Counted from the whole stretch's first letter, positions 37,141-50,539 are shown. The stretch: 63,111 bases of DNA, filler included, from Hausera hauseri (GCA_046269625.1; 11 parts of 11 records of this genome joined end to end with filler, not necessarily neighbours in it); one strand, 5' to 3'. Program-made: numbers and translations. The notes: a model not told the origin generated them from the sequence alone.

Positions 37141-40100
37141 GAAGGAATAATTAACTGAAATAGTGGTCTTTTTACGTACATTTTGGATAAGCTCGGTAAG
37201 TACAGACGATAGGTAAGATTGTAAGTGCGTCCGAAATCTATGTTACAACATTGCGTGTAATCTCCAAACTCTAAGTCACAATTCTTGGCTTCTTCTATTA
37301 TTACATCATCTAAAACAATTTGGAACCTTCCAAAATCGTGATGTGATTTCTGCGCCTTATATCCAACGCATGTGGAGTTGGGTGAGTAATAGGAAATTGA
37401 CATTGATTGTAATAATCCTTGAATTTCTCTGACCGATGGTTTTCTTTTCGCTTTACTAGCTTCCAATCTTGCTTCATTTTTCTGACTTCTGTAACTATCT
37501 TGCAGTGTAAGTTTGTTATGCCCTCTTTTAGTTTGTATTCTCGGAACATAAGAAGCAATTAGTGCTATTGCTAAAATTATCTGAACGTACGATATCGGCC
37601 TAGCAACTACTGAGGAAGTTTTTATTTTGCGTTGGCGTAAATTGTCACGTTTCTTGGGTCGTATCTCTGTCTTGACAACTCTTTAAACTAATACAACTTC
37701 TTTCTTTCCATTTTCGTTGATATACACTGTGGTTGGCGTGACTTTGGTGACTTCGTATGGTCCTCTGCCTGTGCGAGTTAATTTTAATGAGGTACCTTTT
37801 TTGGCTACTGGGTAATGTAAATGGACCCATTTTTTTGTTCTATATCATGCGGTTTTGCTTTCTTATCGTATTGCTTTTTAAACTTCTCTTGATATTCTTG
37901 GGATAATTCTTTGGCGATTTCCCAACACTTTTGCAATCGCGTTTGTAACACTTATGCGAAGTTTTGTTCTAAATCTTTTAGGTTAACTGTGTATGGCGTC
38001 ATTCCTACGTCCGTGGGTAACACGGCTTCGCGTCCATACATCATGAAGAATGGTGTGAATCCTGTCGCTGGATGTGGTATAGTATTAATTGCAAATTGGG
38101 TTTCTTCTAAAAATTCGTCCCAATCTTTTTGGTCCTTAGCCACTACTGTTGATAGTATGCGTATGACAATAGCATTCATTCGTTCGACCATTCCATTGCA
38201 CTGAGAGTGATACACAGTAGTCGTCAACCGTTCGATTTCAAATATCCTAGTAATTTTCTCGAATAGTTCACTGGTGAAATTTTTTTCTCTGTCCGTGAGT
38301 ATGTGGTCTAGGGGCCCGTATCGGCAAATAGATCTTTTCACTACGGCTTCTGCTAAGGTCTTGGCCTTTTTATCGATTAATGATATCAACTCGACGAAAT
38401 GAGTTAGTCGATAAACACACGTCAAAATATACTTATTGTTCTTGTGAATCGTAGGGAAAGGTCCTACGATGTCCATCGACATGGCTTGTATGGGCCTATT
38501 AGGTACGTCAATTGGTTTTAACTCGGCCATGTAATTTTTCGTCTTCTTTTGCTTAGTTGCACATACTTTGCAAGCATTTACCCAATTTTTCACATCAATA
38601 TAGATAATAGGCCAAAAATATTTGTTCATTAGTCTTTCTAATATTTTCTTCCAGGACATGTGTCCGGCCAAATATGAATCATGTTTGGACATCAGTACTT
38701 CAGTTCGTAAGTCTTTTGGAATAATTATCAGTTTCCTTCCTTTCCGTTCGTAATATAAAATATCTGCATTGCTCTTGTCACTAAAAATGCAGTATTTATG
38801 TCCGTGTCTGCGTAAATGTTTCTTTAACTGTCGTTCTTTCGGTATAACATCCTTTTTAACAAATTCTATACTCTGTTGGATGACTTTATCCCTTCTCTGA
38901 TCTATCGAAATTTTAATTGCTTTATCCACTGTCAAGACGCGTTGACGATATATTATCTCTTCGAGTTGGCTTTTCTTTATTACAGTAATTGCACTGGTCT
39001 TGGTCTTTAATTTCCATAATGCGTCAGCGTCTACATGTTTATTCCCTGGCTTATATTGGAATTCAATATTATATCTGGAGATTTCTTCAATCCACCTGTT
39101 AAATCTACATGTTGGTTTATTTGCTCTGCCTTTTAAGGTCGTAACGGCCTTGTGGTCAGTGACAATTATAATCTTCTGCCCGTACGCATAAACGTTGAAG
39201 TGTCGAATTGTTTCCTTTACAGCTAGAGTTTCTAATTCAGTAACAGAATAGTTTTTCTCGGCCTTCTTCAAGGAACGTCCTCCATAAGCAATCGGATGCT
39301 CTAGTTCCTCATCTTCTCTTTTCTGCGCTAATTCGTATCCAACGCCTTCCTTACTGGCATGTCTTGATTATAAAGGGTAAGTTAAAGTCTGGATAATGTA
39401 AGACAGGTTCGCTTGTTAATATCTACTTTATCTCATCGAAGGCCTTTTGTTCGACGTCTGTCCATTTCCATTTAATTCCCTTCTTAAGTAAGCGATATAA
39501 GGGTGCATTTATTTTTAAATTATCTGGCACATAAGTTGCATAATATCCAAATAGTCCTAACCAGCGCCTTAGCTCTTTTGGATTTTGTGGTTCCATACAG
39601 TCTGATATTTTATTTAGCAACGATTTATCTGGTTTTGATCCTCCTTCTCCAACTATATGGCGAAGGCAGGATACGGCGTTTTGAGCCCATTTGCATTTGT
39701 TTGGATTTAATTTCACTCCGGATTGTTCGAGTCTTATTAATGTATGCTCGATATCTTTTAAGTGTTCCTCTTCTGTCCTTGACGCTATCATTAAGTAATC
39801 TAAGTACACAAAAGCATGATCCAGTCCCATTAGCATTTTGTTCATCATTCTCGTGAATATGGCTGGTCCAGTAGCAATACCGAACAGCATGACATTAAAT
39901 TCATTAACACCATCGTGCGTTTTAAATGCTGCCTTATAACGGTCTTTGTCCTCTATCTCCACTTGCCAGTATCCAAATTGCAAGTCCAAAGTGATAAACC
40001 TTTCGCTCCTGAGAGTCTATCAAATGCTTCCTTTACTGATGGCAATGGGAAAGAGTCTTTCATCATAAGATTATTTAAAACTCTGTAATCAATACAAAAT

Positions 40101-41413
40101 CGATGTTTCGTGGTACCTTTCTTCTTAATCATGAGGATTGGTGAATACCAAGACCTATAGCTAGGCTTGGTTATGTCTGCCTTAAGCATTCGTTCGACTT
40201 CTTTCGTTATTTCGGGCCTTAATGAATGCGCCGGAGGGTACCATTTCGGCGTCTTCTGGTCTTCCAAATCTATTTTCTCGTTTGACTCTGGCTTTTTCTT
40301 GAGTGGAATAGTTAGTTTTAATGCTTTCCCTCTACCGATATCTTCTTCGTCCTTAGCAATAATCGATTTATATCGGCATAGCAATTTGTAGAATCGACAA
40401 TATGACTCAGGCAAAAATTTAGTTTCGACATTGAGCAGAAATTCGGCATACTTATAAGGCTTTTCCTCAATCGTTATTGACGATATTCTATACGTGTCTT
40501 CTAAAGTAGTACAAGCATGGAACTTGACATATGTCTGCGCGTTATTAGCTATTCTGATTATTACTCGGCCGGAGTGTACTTTTGTGAGTACGTTACTGAG
40601 AGTTATATTCGGATACAATGTTTCCTTTAATTCAAAATATACCGGTTGATCATCATCTTGCTGGATCTGAGCATAAATTGTCATTTCTCTCTTTGGTGGA
40701 ATATTTTCGTCTACTGGTATCCATACATTTCCAAATTTTCTATCTTTCGCGTTTTTCACGCCTTTATTTGGCCTGATTTCTACCAGTTTCCCTGTTTGTA
40801 AATCAATTGCTATATTTGGCAGTCTTTTAGTCAATCACATCCTAAAACTACGTCGTCGGTTAATTGCTCCATAACTGAAAATTCGTGACTGAAAAACTGT
40901 CCAACTATTTGAACTTCTGGGTTCCATTTAAACATTAATTTCGACATCTGACCAAAAGCTCCTGTACTTCCTGGATTCTTCGTAGACGGTGGCATCTTCG
41001 CATACTTTCAGATCCATTAAGGAGTATCTCTGTCCCAGCTTAAACTTATCGCAGTCGTAGATGGTTACAGCGCCTATATGCTTAATTATCATCATCTAGG
41101 TGAGTAACCTAATTAGCCAATTCGATTCGTTCTTCCGACATCCAACGTCCGCTGTTGTCAAACTACGTAACATATCGTCGAGTTTATTGCTGTTTTGTTT
41201 GTCTTCGTTCTTATCAAATAGTCTTGAGCAATTTACTTCGCAGGGCAATCTTCTTGCCGCTTTTCATGCTAAGCTTATAGCTTTATTGATTTCATTTTCT
41301 CGATTAGGATTTATTTTGATAGCTAGGTATAGTAGTACTTTCCTCAATTCCTCATTGGTATTCTCTACCATGACCTTTTCGATTACCGATTCGTCGATTA
41401 AATTACTTTTCGA
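37141..41413 (-). mobile_element. Env-carrying Gypsy, copy 1: env N-terminus, internal deletion, PR end, RT, RNase H, integrase, post-integrase ORF
   Basis: RFCIDYR.LN, YLDY, NYSVTELE, H....AGH..C..C, MDIVGP, LTD, NGMVERMN; frameshifted. Confidence 0.93.
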
Positions 41414-41513
41414 NNNNNNNNNNNNNNNNNNNNNNNNNNNNNNNNNNNNNNNNNNNNTTAATTAATTAANNNNNNNNNNNNNNNNNNNNNNNNNNNNNNN
41501 NNNNNNNNNNNNN

Positions 41514-44500
41514 TTTTTAAGTAAGCGATATAGAGGTGCATTAATCTTTGAATTATCTGGTACATAAGTTGCGTAATAACCACAGAGTCCTAACCAGTGT
41601 CTCAACTCTTTCTGATTTTGTGGTTCCATGCAATCTGATATTTTATCCAATAATGATTTATCAGGTTTCGATCCTCCTTCTCCAACTATATAACCAAGGT
41701 AGGATACGGCATTTTGAGCCCATGTGCATTTCTTCGGATTTAATTTTAATCCGGCTTGTTCTAATCTCATAAATGTGTGTTCAATATCCTTTAGGTGTTT
41801 TTCCTCCGTCCTCGATGCTATCATCACATCATTTAAATATGCAAAGGCATGATCCAGTCCCATTAACATTTTGTTCATCAATCTTGTAAATATGGCTGGT
41901 CCGGTAGTAATACCAAACAGCATAACATTAAATTCGTAAACGCCATCGTGAGTCTTAAACGCCATCTTGTAACGGTCTTTGTCCTCTATTTCCAATTGCC
42001 AATATCCGGATCGTAAGTCCAGAGTGGTGAACCATTTCGCTCCAGAGAGTCTGTCTAGAGCCTCTTTTACCGATGGTAATGGAAAAGAATCCTTTATCAT
42101 AAGATTACTTAAGGCTCTGTAATCAATACAAAATCGGTGTTTTGTGGCGCCTTTCTTTTTAACCATAAGGATAGGCGAATACCATGATCTATAACTAGGT
42201 CTAATTATATCGGCCTTTAGCATCCGTTCGACTTCCTTTGTTATTTCGGGTCTTAGCGAATGTGGTGGAGGGTACCATTTTGTCATCTTCTGATCCTCCA
42301 GATCTATTTCTTCATTTGAGCCAGGCTTTTTCTTGAGCGGAATAGTCAGTTTTAACGCTTTCTCCCTACCGATGTCCTCTTCATCTTTAGCGATAATCGA
42401 TTTGTAGTGGCATAGTAATTTGTAAAATTGACAGTAAGTCTCAGGTGAAAACTTAGTGTCAATGTGAGGCGGAAATTCAGCATATTTATAAGGTTTCGCT
42501 TCGATGGTTATCGACGATACTCTATACGTGTCTCCTAGCGTAGTATAAGCATGGAGCTTAATAGGAGTTGGTGCATTGTTTGCTATTCGAATTGGTGCGC
42601 GAAGGAGTGTACTTTCGTAAGTACGTTACTGAGCGTTATATTTGGGTTTAACGTTTCCTTTGGCTCGAAATATACTGGCTGATCGTCATCTTGATGAATT
42701 TGTGCATAAATTATTATCTCTGTTCTTGGTGGGATATTCTCGTCTACTGGTATCCACACTTCTCCAAATTTTCTATCCTTAGCGTTTTTCACGCCTTTAT
42801 TGGGTCTGATCTCTATTAATTTACCTGTTTGCAAGTCAATTGCTATATTTGGTAGCCTTTTTAATAAATAGTATCCCAGAACAACATCGTTAGTTAATTG
42901 TTCCATGATTGCAAATTCATGTCGAAATGTTTGTCCAGCTAATTGGACTTCCGGGTTCCATTTAAACATTGGTTTTGACACCTGACCAAAAGCTCCTGTA
43001 CTACCTAGATTTTTCGTAGATGGCGGATATAACTGTCCTTTTACCATTTTAGGTATTGAATCATTTTGATGTAAGACATTTCAGAACCCGTATCGATTAG
43101 TTCATAAACTTCCCAGTCCTCAATAATGATTTTGGTGAAGGGTCTTCCTTCGATCACGGTTCCAAAACAATTTGCTGCTACTTTCGAACGTTTAGTCGCT
43201 GATATTTTGTGTCCGTTTATTCGTACGTCTGGGGCTGATAATATGTTTCCCGATAACTGTCTTAGTTCTTCATTTGGATATAATTCATTGTTCTCTACAT
43301 GTAGTTCTTCCATTTCATAAGTACTGATTAGCGGCTCTCTATTGTTGGTATGTAGTTCAGTATGTTGGAAGGTTTTTGATCTTGGGTTGTCCCAGACCGT
43401 CGATGTAGTTTCAATATTTCTAGGTTCTCTCTGTAAATACAACATCTTTGGATCATCTGCAGCTTGCCGGTAACACATTTTCTATAGAATTCAGTATCGT
43501 TTTGTTCCTTCATAAGGATCTTCTACACTAATTGTTCCTTTATAGATTTCCGTCTGATATGAGCTCATGGATCGTTTGTTACAATTTTTGTTGAATTGAG
43601 CGGTAGGAGGTAACATGGGTAATGGCGTTCTAACTACAGAGTACACCTTGTGTCTATTCATTCTTGAGAATGCTTCTCCTCCCTTAGGCTCGTCATCATC
43701 TGAATTATTTCTTCGTATATTCGGTTTTGTAGACCTCCGCTTCCGTAGGAATATCGGTCTCCCTCTTCGTTTTCGATTATAGTAACCGACATGACGTTCT
43801 ACGTCCGATTTCCATCTGCTTTCTTTGTACGCCTTTAGGAATTTTCCAAAAGGCGTTATGATTGCAGTCAAAATTTTACATGAGAATCCGGTTAGTGTAA
43901 ATAATTCGTACCCGTTTATTACTGCTTGGATGACTGCCTTAATCATTTGTATCAGAAAATATATTGCCAAAAATACGGATGCTGCTTGTCCGAAAATCAA
44001 AAATCTTCCCCAAATTTTGTAGAGTATTTCCGTTGTTACTCTTTGATAGTGGTTTACGCCAAGTAACGATTTCCATTTAGCCTGATATCGTGTGTCGTCT
44101 ACTACAGACGCCATAGCTCGATTTAGTTCATGTGTGTATTGTCGTGGAAAGGCAAGGAATTGTCTGAAAGCCTCGATTTCTTTTGGTCTATATATACCTT
44201 TCGACGAGGTATCTTAAAATTTATCGTCTGTGATTCCTTTTGCAAGATTAATTCCTGTCAGTTTGTTTGGAGAGGCGATAATACCTCCATTTGGCAGGCT
44301 AACCCAATCCGTTTCACTTCGTCTAAACATGGATTCTCCTAAGCTTGCTTTACAATTCTTCAAGATAGTCGGTTGGGTAGCGTTATCCAGTAGCACCCTT
44401 GTCAACGGTGTAGCTAATCTCGGAATATTTTGATAGATAACAGGAAGTTCCTGAATGCAACCTTTTTCTTCTACGTTGATGGGTACTTCTCTCTTTTCAC

Positions 44501-46472
44501 ATTCATAGGTTAGCAATACTTCGCCCATTACTCGGCCGAAAATTTCTTCTCTCATAGGAATTATTGGAGAAGCCAATTTCGGGTTTGCATGTATAAAAGC
44601 CGTTTTAGTTCTCATGATTTCTGTATCTAATTTACAATCATTCGTTATCATTTTGTGATATAATTCAGTTATTCCGACTTGTCCTTTGTAACAAAAGTAA
44701 TCATCCCTATTCTTCAAGTAATCCTCAATGCGGACGTCTTATGTTTCTAAATTATAAGTTTTTGTGCTTATTTCCGTTTCGGCTACAAAGAACGCCTCAT
44801 AGTTTGTGGCGAACATTACTACGTCTCAACGAGTCATCATCTCTTTATTTATAAATTTTAGTCCATGCGGATCCGAGATCAATATGGTAGGCGTAGGTTG
44901 TTCCGATACATCTTCTCGTGTCCTTGAATTGGTTTCTAATTTGTCCACGTATCTCTTTCCTGTAGTCTCATTGAACTTTAGCTCTTTAATTTTAATGAAA
45001 TTACAATTCCTTCCAGAAGAAGGTTCCCATATTAGAATCGAACTTCTAAAAGCACAGGTTCCATCTTGTAAATGGCATTTTTGGTTTTCAGTATATAACT
45101 TGGTAACACTATGAAACTTTACCTTCTGCGATCGAATTTCCGATTCGTAAAAATCAACAACCACCACGTTTGATTCTAATCCCTTTCCGGTATCATATTC
45201 TGCTCCATTACGATGTCCGCTATGCATGTCTAATCTTCCGGCCATTACCTTGTATGCCCTAATTATTTTTCCTGGTTGCATACCATCCCATTGTATTCTC
45301 ACAGTTTCCTTGGCTTGTTTGCAGTGCTGGCGTTCTAAGTTCATTGGAATTAGCGGAGTAGTCGGCTTGATTATAAATGAATGTCTATGAATCAACCCAC
45401 AATGAAAAATACTACGCGATCGTTTCAGCATACATTCCATTCCATCAAACGATATCAATTTTTGTTGTTGATACAGGAAGTAACTTTTCTCCCTTGTTGC
45501 TAGTTTGTGCGGTCTGGCATCCTCGCATACTTCTAATTCCATTAAGGAATATCTCTGTCCTAAATTAAACTTATCGCAATCATATACGGTTACCGTGCTT
45601 ATATGCTTTATTAGCATTATTAAGGTGAGCAAGCTGATCAGCCATTTTGATTCGTTTTTTTGACCTCCAACGTATGATGTTGTCAGGTTACGCAACATAT
45701 CGTCGTGTTTATTATTATTTCGTTTGTCTTCTTCCTTGTCAAATAGTCTTACCCAATTTACTTCGCAAGGCATTCTTTTTGCTGCTCTCCGTGCTAAGCT
45801 TATAACCCGATTGATTTCACTCTCTCAATTAAGATTTATTTTTATAGCTAAGTATAGCAATACTTTTCTCAATTCTTCATTCGTGTTTTCCACCATAATC
45901 TTTTCGATTACCGATTCATCAGTTAAATTTCTTTTTTGATAGTTTAAAACGCGAGCTTCGAATCATTTTGGCTGCATCGAAAATTATCTTTTCTTTGTCG
46001 TCCAACATATCGCCCTGAAAACTAGAATAATTCACAATTCGTATTAAATTTTTCATTAACTCACTTAATTCTTCATTCTCTGTGCTAAGAGCTGGGATCG
46101 GCATCTGTTTCAATTCTCTAATTAACTCTCCGTTGTATTCTATTTCTTCTCGCACTTTTCTAGGCCTACCTACTGGGTGTTTCTGTCTTGGACCTTTAGT
46201 GATTGATTCACTTAGTGGTACTAAGTTTATATCGTATTGTTCCTTATCTTCGTCCGTTTGTAAATACTCAAAATACAGGGCAGCGTCTCGGACTCCCATG
46301 ATTTGTCCTACGCATTGTTCTGTTTTAGCTTTACGTGTAGCTTCTTCTTTTGTCTGTTCGTTAGCTATTATTACCACTATCCGATTTGTTTCATCAGGAA
46401 TAATCCCGACGTCTATTAATTGTTCCAAGTCATCTAATATTCTACCTCTAAAATAAAATCTGTAGTTTAACT
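41514..46472 (-). mobile_element. Env-carrying Gypsy, copy 2: ORF X, glycoprotein, PR, RT (both ends missing)
   Basis: LIDTGSEMSYI protease and RT (LDLRSGYWQ, YLND) are homologous to copy 1; the glycoprotein lies upstream. Confidence 0.92.
43830..45650 (-). pseudogene. Chuvirus-like class III (gB-type) fusion glycoprotein with in-frame stops
   Basis: Signal peptide WLISLLTLIMLIKHIST, then VYDC..YSL..LEVC, C...R....CG..H, C.LQDGTC, LIW..C, GEVLL.YEC, C..ELPV, TPLTRVL, and membrane region WGRFLIFG..FLAIYFLI..INGY.L....GFS. All pieces are in one frame. Confidence 0.82.
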
Positions 46473-47249
46473 NNNNNNNNNNNNNNNNNNNNNNNNNNNN
46501 NNNNNNNNNNNNNNNNTTAATTAATTAANNNNNNNNNNNNNNNNNNNNNNNNNNNNNNNNNNNNNNNNNNNNTGAATTAGCAAAAGCTTGGAACTATAGA
46601 TGCGGCTTGAAATCCTTTTTTCTAGAAAAACATGAACACAAATTAATAGATATGTATAAATTACAGTTTTCAACTATACCCCAGCTGAAACAAACAATAA
46701 GATCAGTGGATTTATTAAATGTGAGACATGAATTTAACGCAAATGAGACTCAAGTAATTGGCTCTAGCATAGACTGCGAACCTCTATCCGTAGGTAGTAA
46801 AGCTGAACGAAATTTTTTGACGAAGTTCCTTCGAGGAGACAGCGCCTCTTTGCCAGTTAATCGTATCAGAAAGGAAATCGAAGCAGAATTGCCAGGCATA
46901 AATGAATATGTTGACGATGTTAGGATTGATTAACAATCCCTAGGATTGATTGGCATCCCTAGGATTGATTGGCAACCCCTGGAAACATTATCGACTAACA
47001 TTATCGACCAGATATTGAAACATTATTGACAGATATTTTGATCGACCGACATAGACCCCTTTCTTGTATATGTATTGTCGAGCCTCTATGATAGGCGTTT
47101 TTATTATGCTGTCAATTGTAAATTACTTGTGAACCTTTGCTTTACAATTGCAACCACCAAAAAATATAAATTATTTTAAAATACAAATTATTATTTCACT
47201 CATTTTACTCTTGCTTTGTTTTGCGAATTTAGATTAGTCGAATTTAGAT

Positions 47250-47515
47250 TAGTCACTACTGATTTTTAATTTTAAAAATTATCGCATGAATCACTGGTTT
47301 TTAATTTTGAAATTATCGCATGAACTTAATTCAAAATCGTCAGATTGACGTCATTTACATGAACTTATTTCAAAAATCGTCGAATTGACGTCATTCGTAT
47401 GAACTTCGAATTTAGAAATCAATTGACGTCATTCGTATGAACTTCGAATTTAGAAATCATTCACATAAATTTGAAAATAAGAATTTATAAACAATCAAAC
47501 CCATAGGTATAAATA
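47250..47515 (+). promoter_or_regulatory. Tandem-repeat enhancer-like block with three CRE palindromes and a TATA box
   Basis: TGACGTCA at 47346, 47386 and 47424; exact 38-bp tandem duplication at 47383-47458; TATAAATA at 47508. Confidence 0.5.
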
Positions 47516-50173
47516 GGTGAAGCATTCGTACAAAAACACACACACATGAAAAAATTTATTATCAAGTAACATACGAAAATTTTCCAGGAGAACTTGTGAG
47601 TAAGTTTCTCGTATTTTCTGACTGAAATATAAAATTAAGAAATACTAAGGCAACAGAGATTAGTACTGATAATCATTTGAAGAAACTGTATATTCGACTA
47701 TCGGAGCAAAACCATAGTAAATTCCAAATTGAATCTAATTTTGACGACTAAAGCAATAAACAGATCTGAAACCAATAAATGGCCGAAGCAAATTCCTTTA
47801 ACCAAATGCAGGAGAATAATGGTGAGTTGTCAATTGTTCTATTATTTTATTTACGTTAATGATGTAAAACGTTGTTATAAAATATAATTTTAATATACTA
47901 AATATTTGCGTGATGATAAAGGGAAGACCCACAGTAGACCTAGAGAATACGTTCGAAATGATGGATATAAATCGGGAGATGGGACACGAAAACAAAGATA
48001 TAGAATGCCAGAAATCCTCGGAGATGGGATGATGATTCGGAGCAATGTCAGTCGGTGCGTCTTGTAAAGTGACCAAAAGTGTCGGAACAACGTCAGTCAG
48101 TGTGTCTCGTAAAGCAACCAAAAAATGTCGGAACCGTTAAAATCGTGATGTATACGATACCCTACGTGTCAATAGACTACAATGGAAGCGCAGGTATGCC
48201 CAGAGCACCGAACATGGCCGATGACGGACTCTCCTGAAAACTATGCAGAGAATCCGAAACTACTGACCGGATATATTAGAGTCACAATTCTTCGATAATG
48301 AGCATATAGGTCACGAGTGTGCTGAATACCCTCTCAGTTTCGATAGATGGGTGGAGGTGCAAAAACAATTGTGGCACTAGTAAATGGTTGGTATAACTGG
48401 AGTTGGGAGTAAGAAGATAGAGGTGTTGGTACACTGTGTCGTTGTTTATTGAATAAAATCGTTAGTCCGTATAAGTTTGATGACCACTGCTTATGGCTAG
48501 AAACAGCATTCGTCAACCTTTTGTTGTAAATTTTGGGCCTTATGATCTACCGATATTCATCGGAGTAAGAGTTGAATTACTGCGTACTAAATGTGATAAT
48601 GGTGGATTTGTGTGTTGATATTGATCGGGGTAACATTAATGGTACTTATGTAATAATTCAGGGTTATGGATATTCGACAGTGCCCCTGGCAATGATGATG
48701 ATTCTCAAGGAATTTGAGGTTTCTAATGATTGATTGAGAGAGTAAAATAAGAAACAGTGAGTTATCATGTTCTACGGAGTTTATCAGATTAAAGTATTTC
48801 GACGGATGAATAAAATAGTGCAAATGATGATTATAGTGAGTATGTGTCTCTTTTTATGTAGGTAATACTATAATGTTACACAAGGTGATGGCGCTGATAT
48901 GTTTTGCGAAAAGATTGTTTACTAACAAATGCGACGGATGCATAACGTATAACCGTATAATATTCATTGATCTTTGAACTAAAATAACTAAATAAGGCTG
49001 AAAATGTTTTAAGATTGGATTAAATAAAATACGTCTACTTGACTTGATACTGAATCATAGAAAGCTTATACATAAATATAAACCAGAATATAGAATGAAT
49101 GTACGACGAGTTATGGGACAAAATATTAGATTAGGCGGTGGAAGCGTGCATAATACCTGTTAGGTACCTTTTGTACATTTTTATGGGAGATATTGGACGT
49201 ATGCTGTAGAATAAATACGCGACAATAATAATAATAAGCGTGTTTCAGCGATCAGGAACCATATCTATCGTACGGGGGAATCTAGGAGCAAATATAATAC
49301 GAGACCCAGACTCCGGGTATTAGAACTTATAATAAAATATATAAATCATTAGAATTCACGCCAAAGTAAAAACATTATGCAATAGTAATTTATGAGAAAT
49401 ATAGAAGATTCAGATTGATGGGATTTACACTATGATGCCAATGACTAGCAAATGTTACATATAGACTTGTCCTAATAAAAACAAATTCTAGATAGAATTG
49501 GGAATCTAAATGATAAAGTAGTAGATCTCGTTAAATGATAGTGATAATGTTTGAATACATAGTTATAAAGATCGGGATGGGGATTGATTTCTTGGTGGAA
49601 CTAAATGTATCTTAGTCGAGTAAGATTATCTTAACATCCTTTCTTTCAAAGTAATAATCACAATGAAATACTTTATTCAAAGAAATTAGATTATGTTTAA
49701 ATGAATGTATATATGAAGTATTTTGACCAAGGACTGAAGACTATGCTTATAAGAATTGGAAAACTGAATTACATAACCTCGATGACGGTAAAGGAACATG
49801 AAGTTTAGAAAGATGAAGTTTAGGGATTATGAGAACTTAATCTCAGGACAGTCGGACAAATAATACATGGAAATAGTGAAGTTGTAAAAAAGTGAGTCTG
49901 ACGGAATTGATGCATTGATTGAAATATCATAGAACTGGGGTTATTGCATCAACAACAAAATCCAGATACTACAAACTTTAATGCTGCAAAGAAACAATCT
50001 ATAATATAAGGTCCCTCAATGAACCCCGGCAGATTATAGGCGCAGGTATATTATAATACCGAACCGCCATCGAACTCTTCCTTCAGATTAGTCCAAAGAA
50101 TTTATATGTTACTATGAATAATGAAACATTGAAATAAATTGGATTCTGTTTTAACACCGATTAACATATAAAC

Positions 50174-50191
50174 TGGTGCCCCGAGTGAGGA
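50174..50191 (+). promoter_or_regulatory. Primer-binding-site-like 18-mer complementary to elongator tRNA-Met
   Basis: TGGTGCCCCGAGTGAGGA, 7 nt after an LTR-like end TAACA (50166), with AATAAA just upstream. One mismatch to the animal tRNA-Met 3' complement as I recall it. Confidence 0.6.
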
Positions 50192-50272
50192 CACCATACT
50201 GCTAAAAATAATTGATAATTCTGAGTTGGAAATCTTATTTGAATTTAAGATTTAGGTGATAGATACGCACCA

Positions 50273-50539
50273 GTGCAATGTGAAATCTGTTGTGGATTGC
50301 TTGGAAGACATTATGCATTGCTGCGGTGCACACACATTATGTGTGTTAAATGCGCGGATTGCTGGTTAGCAAAAAGTCAAACGTGTCCCTTTTGCAGAAG
50401 AAAGACCAGTTCCTATCAATCCAGAGGAACCACCATAGTAGTGATTTATGATGGCGAAGAAGATGAGGATTCAACAGAAGGCGACCAGCACGATTTTTAC
50501 GTATTTGGACCTAACGGGCTGGTTTATATGCCCATTTGA
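50273..50539 (+). CDS. Small C3HC4 RING-finger ORF or exon
   Basis: CEIC...CTH.MC.KC..W......CPFCR followed by an acidic tail; no ATG before the domain; possible splice acceptor at 50255. Confidence 0.7.
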   Translation: MQCEICCGLLGRHYALLRCTHIMCVKCADCWLAKSQTCPFCRRKTSSYQSRGTTIVVIYDGEEDEDSTEGDQHDFYVFGPNGLVYMPI

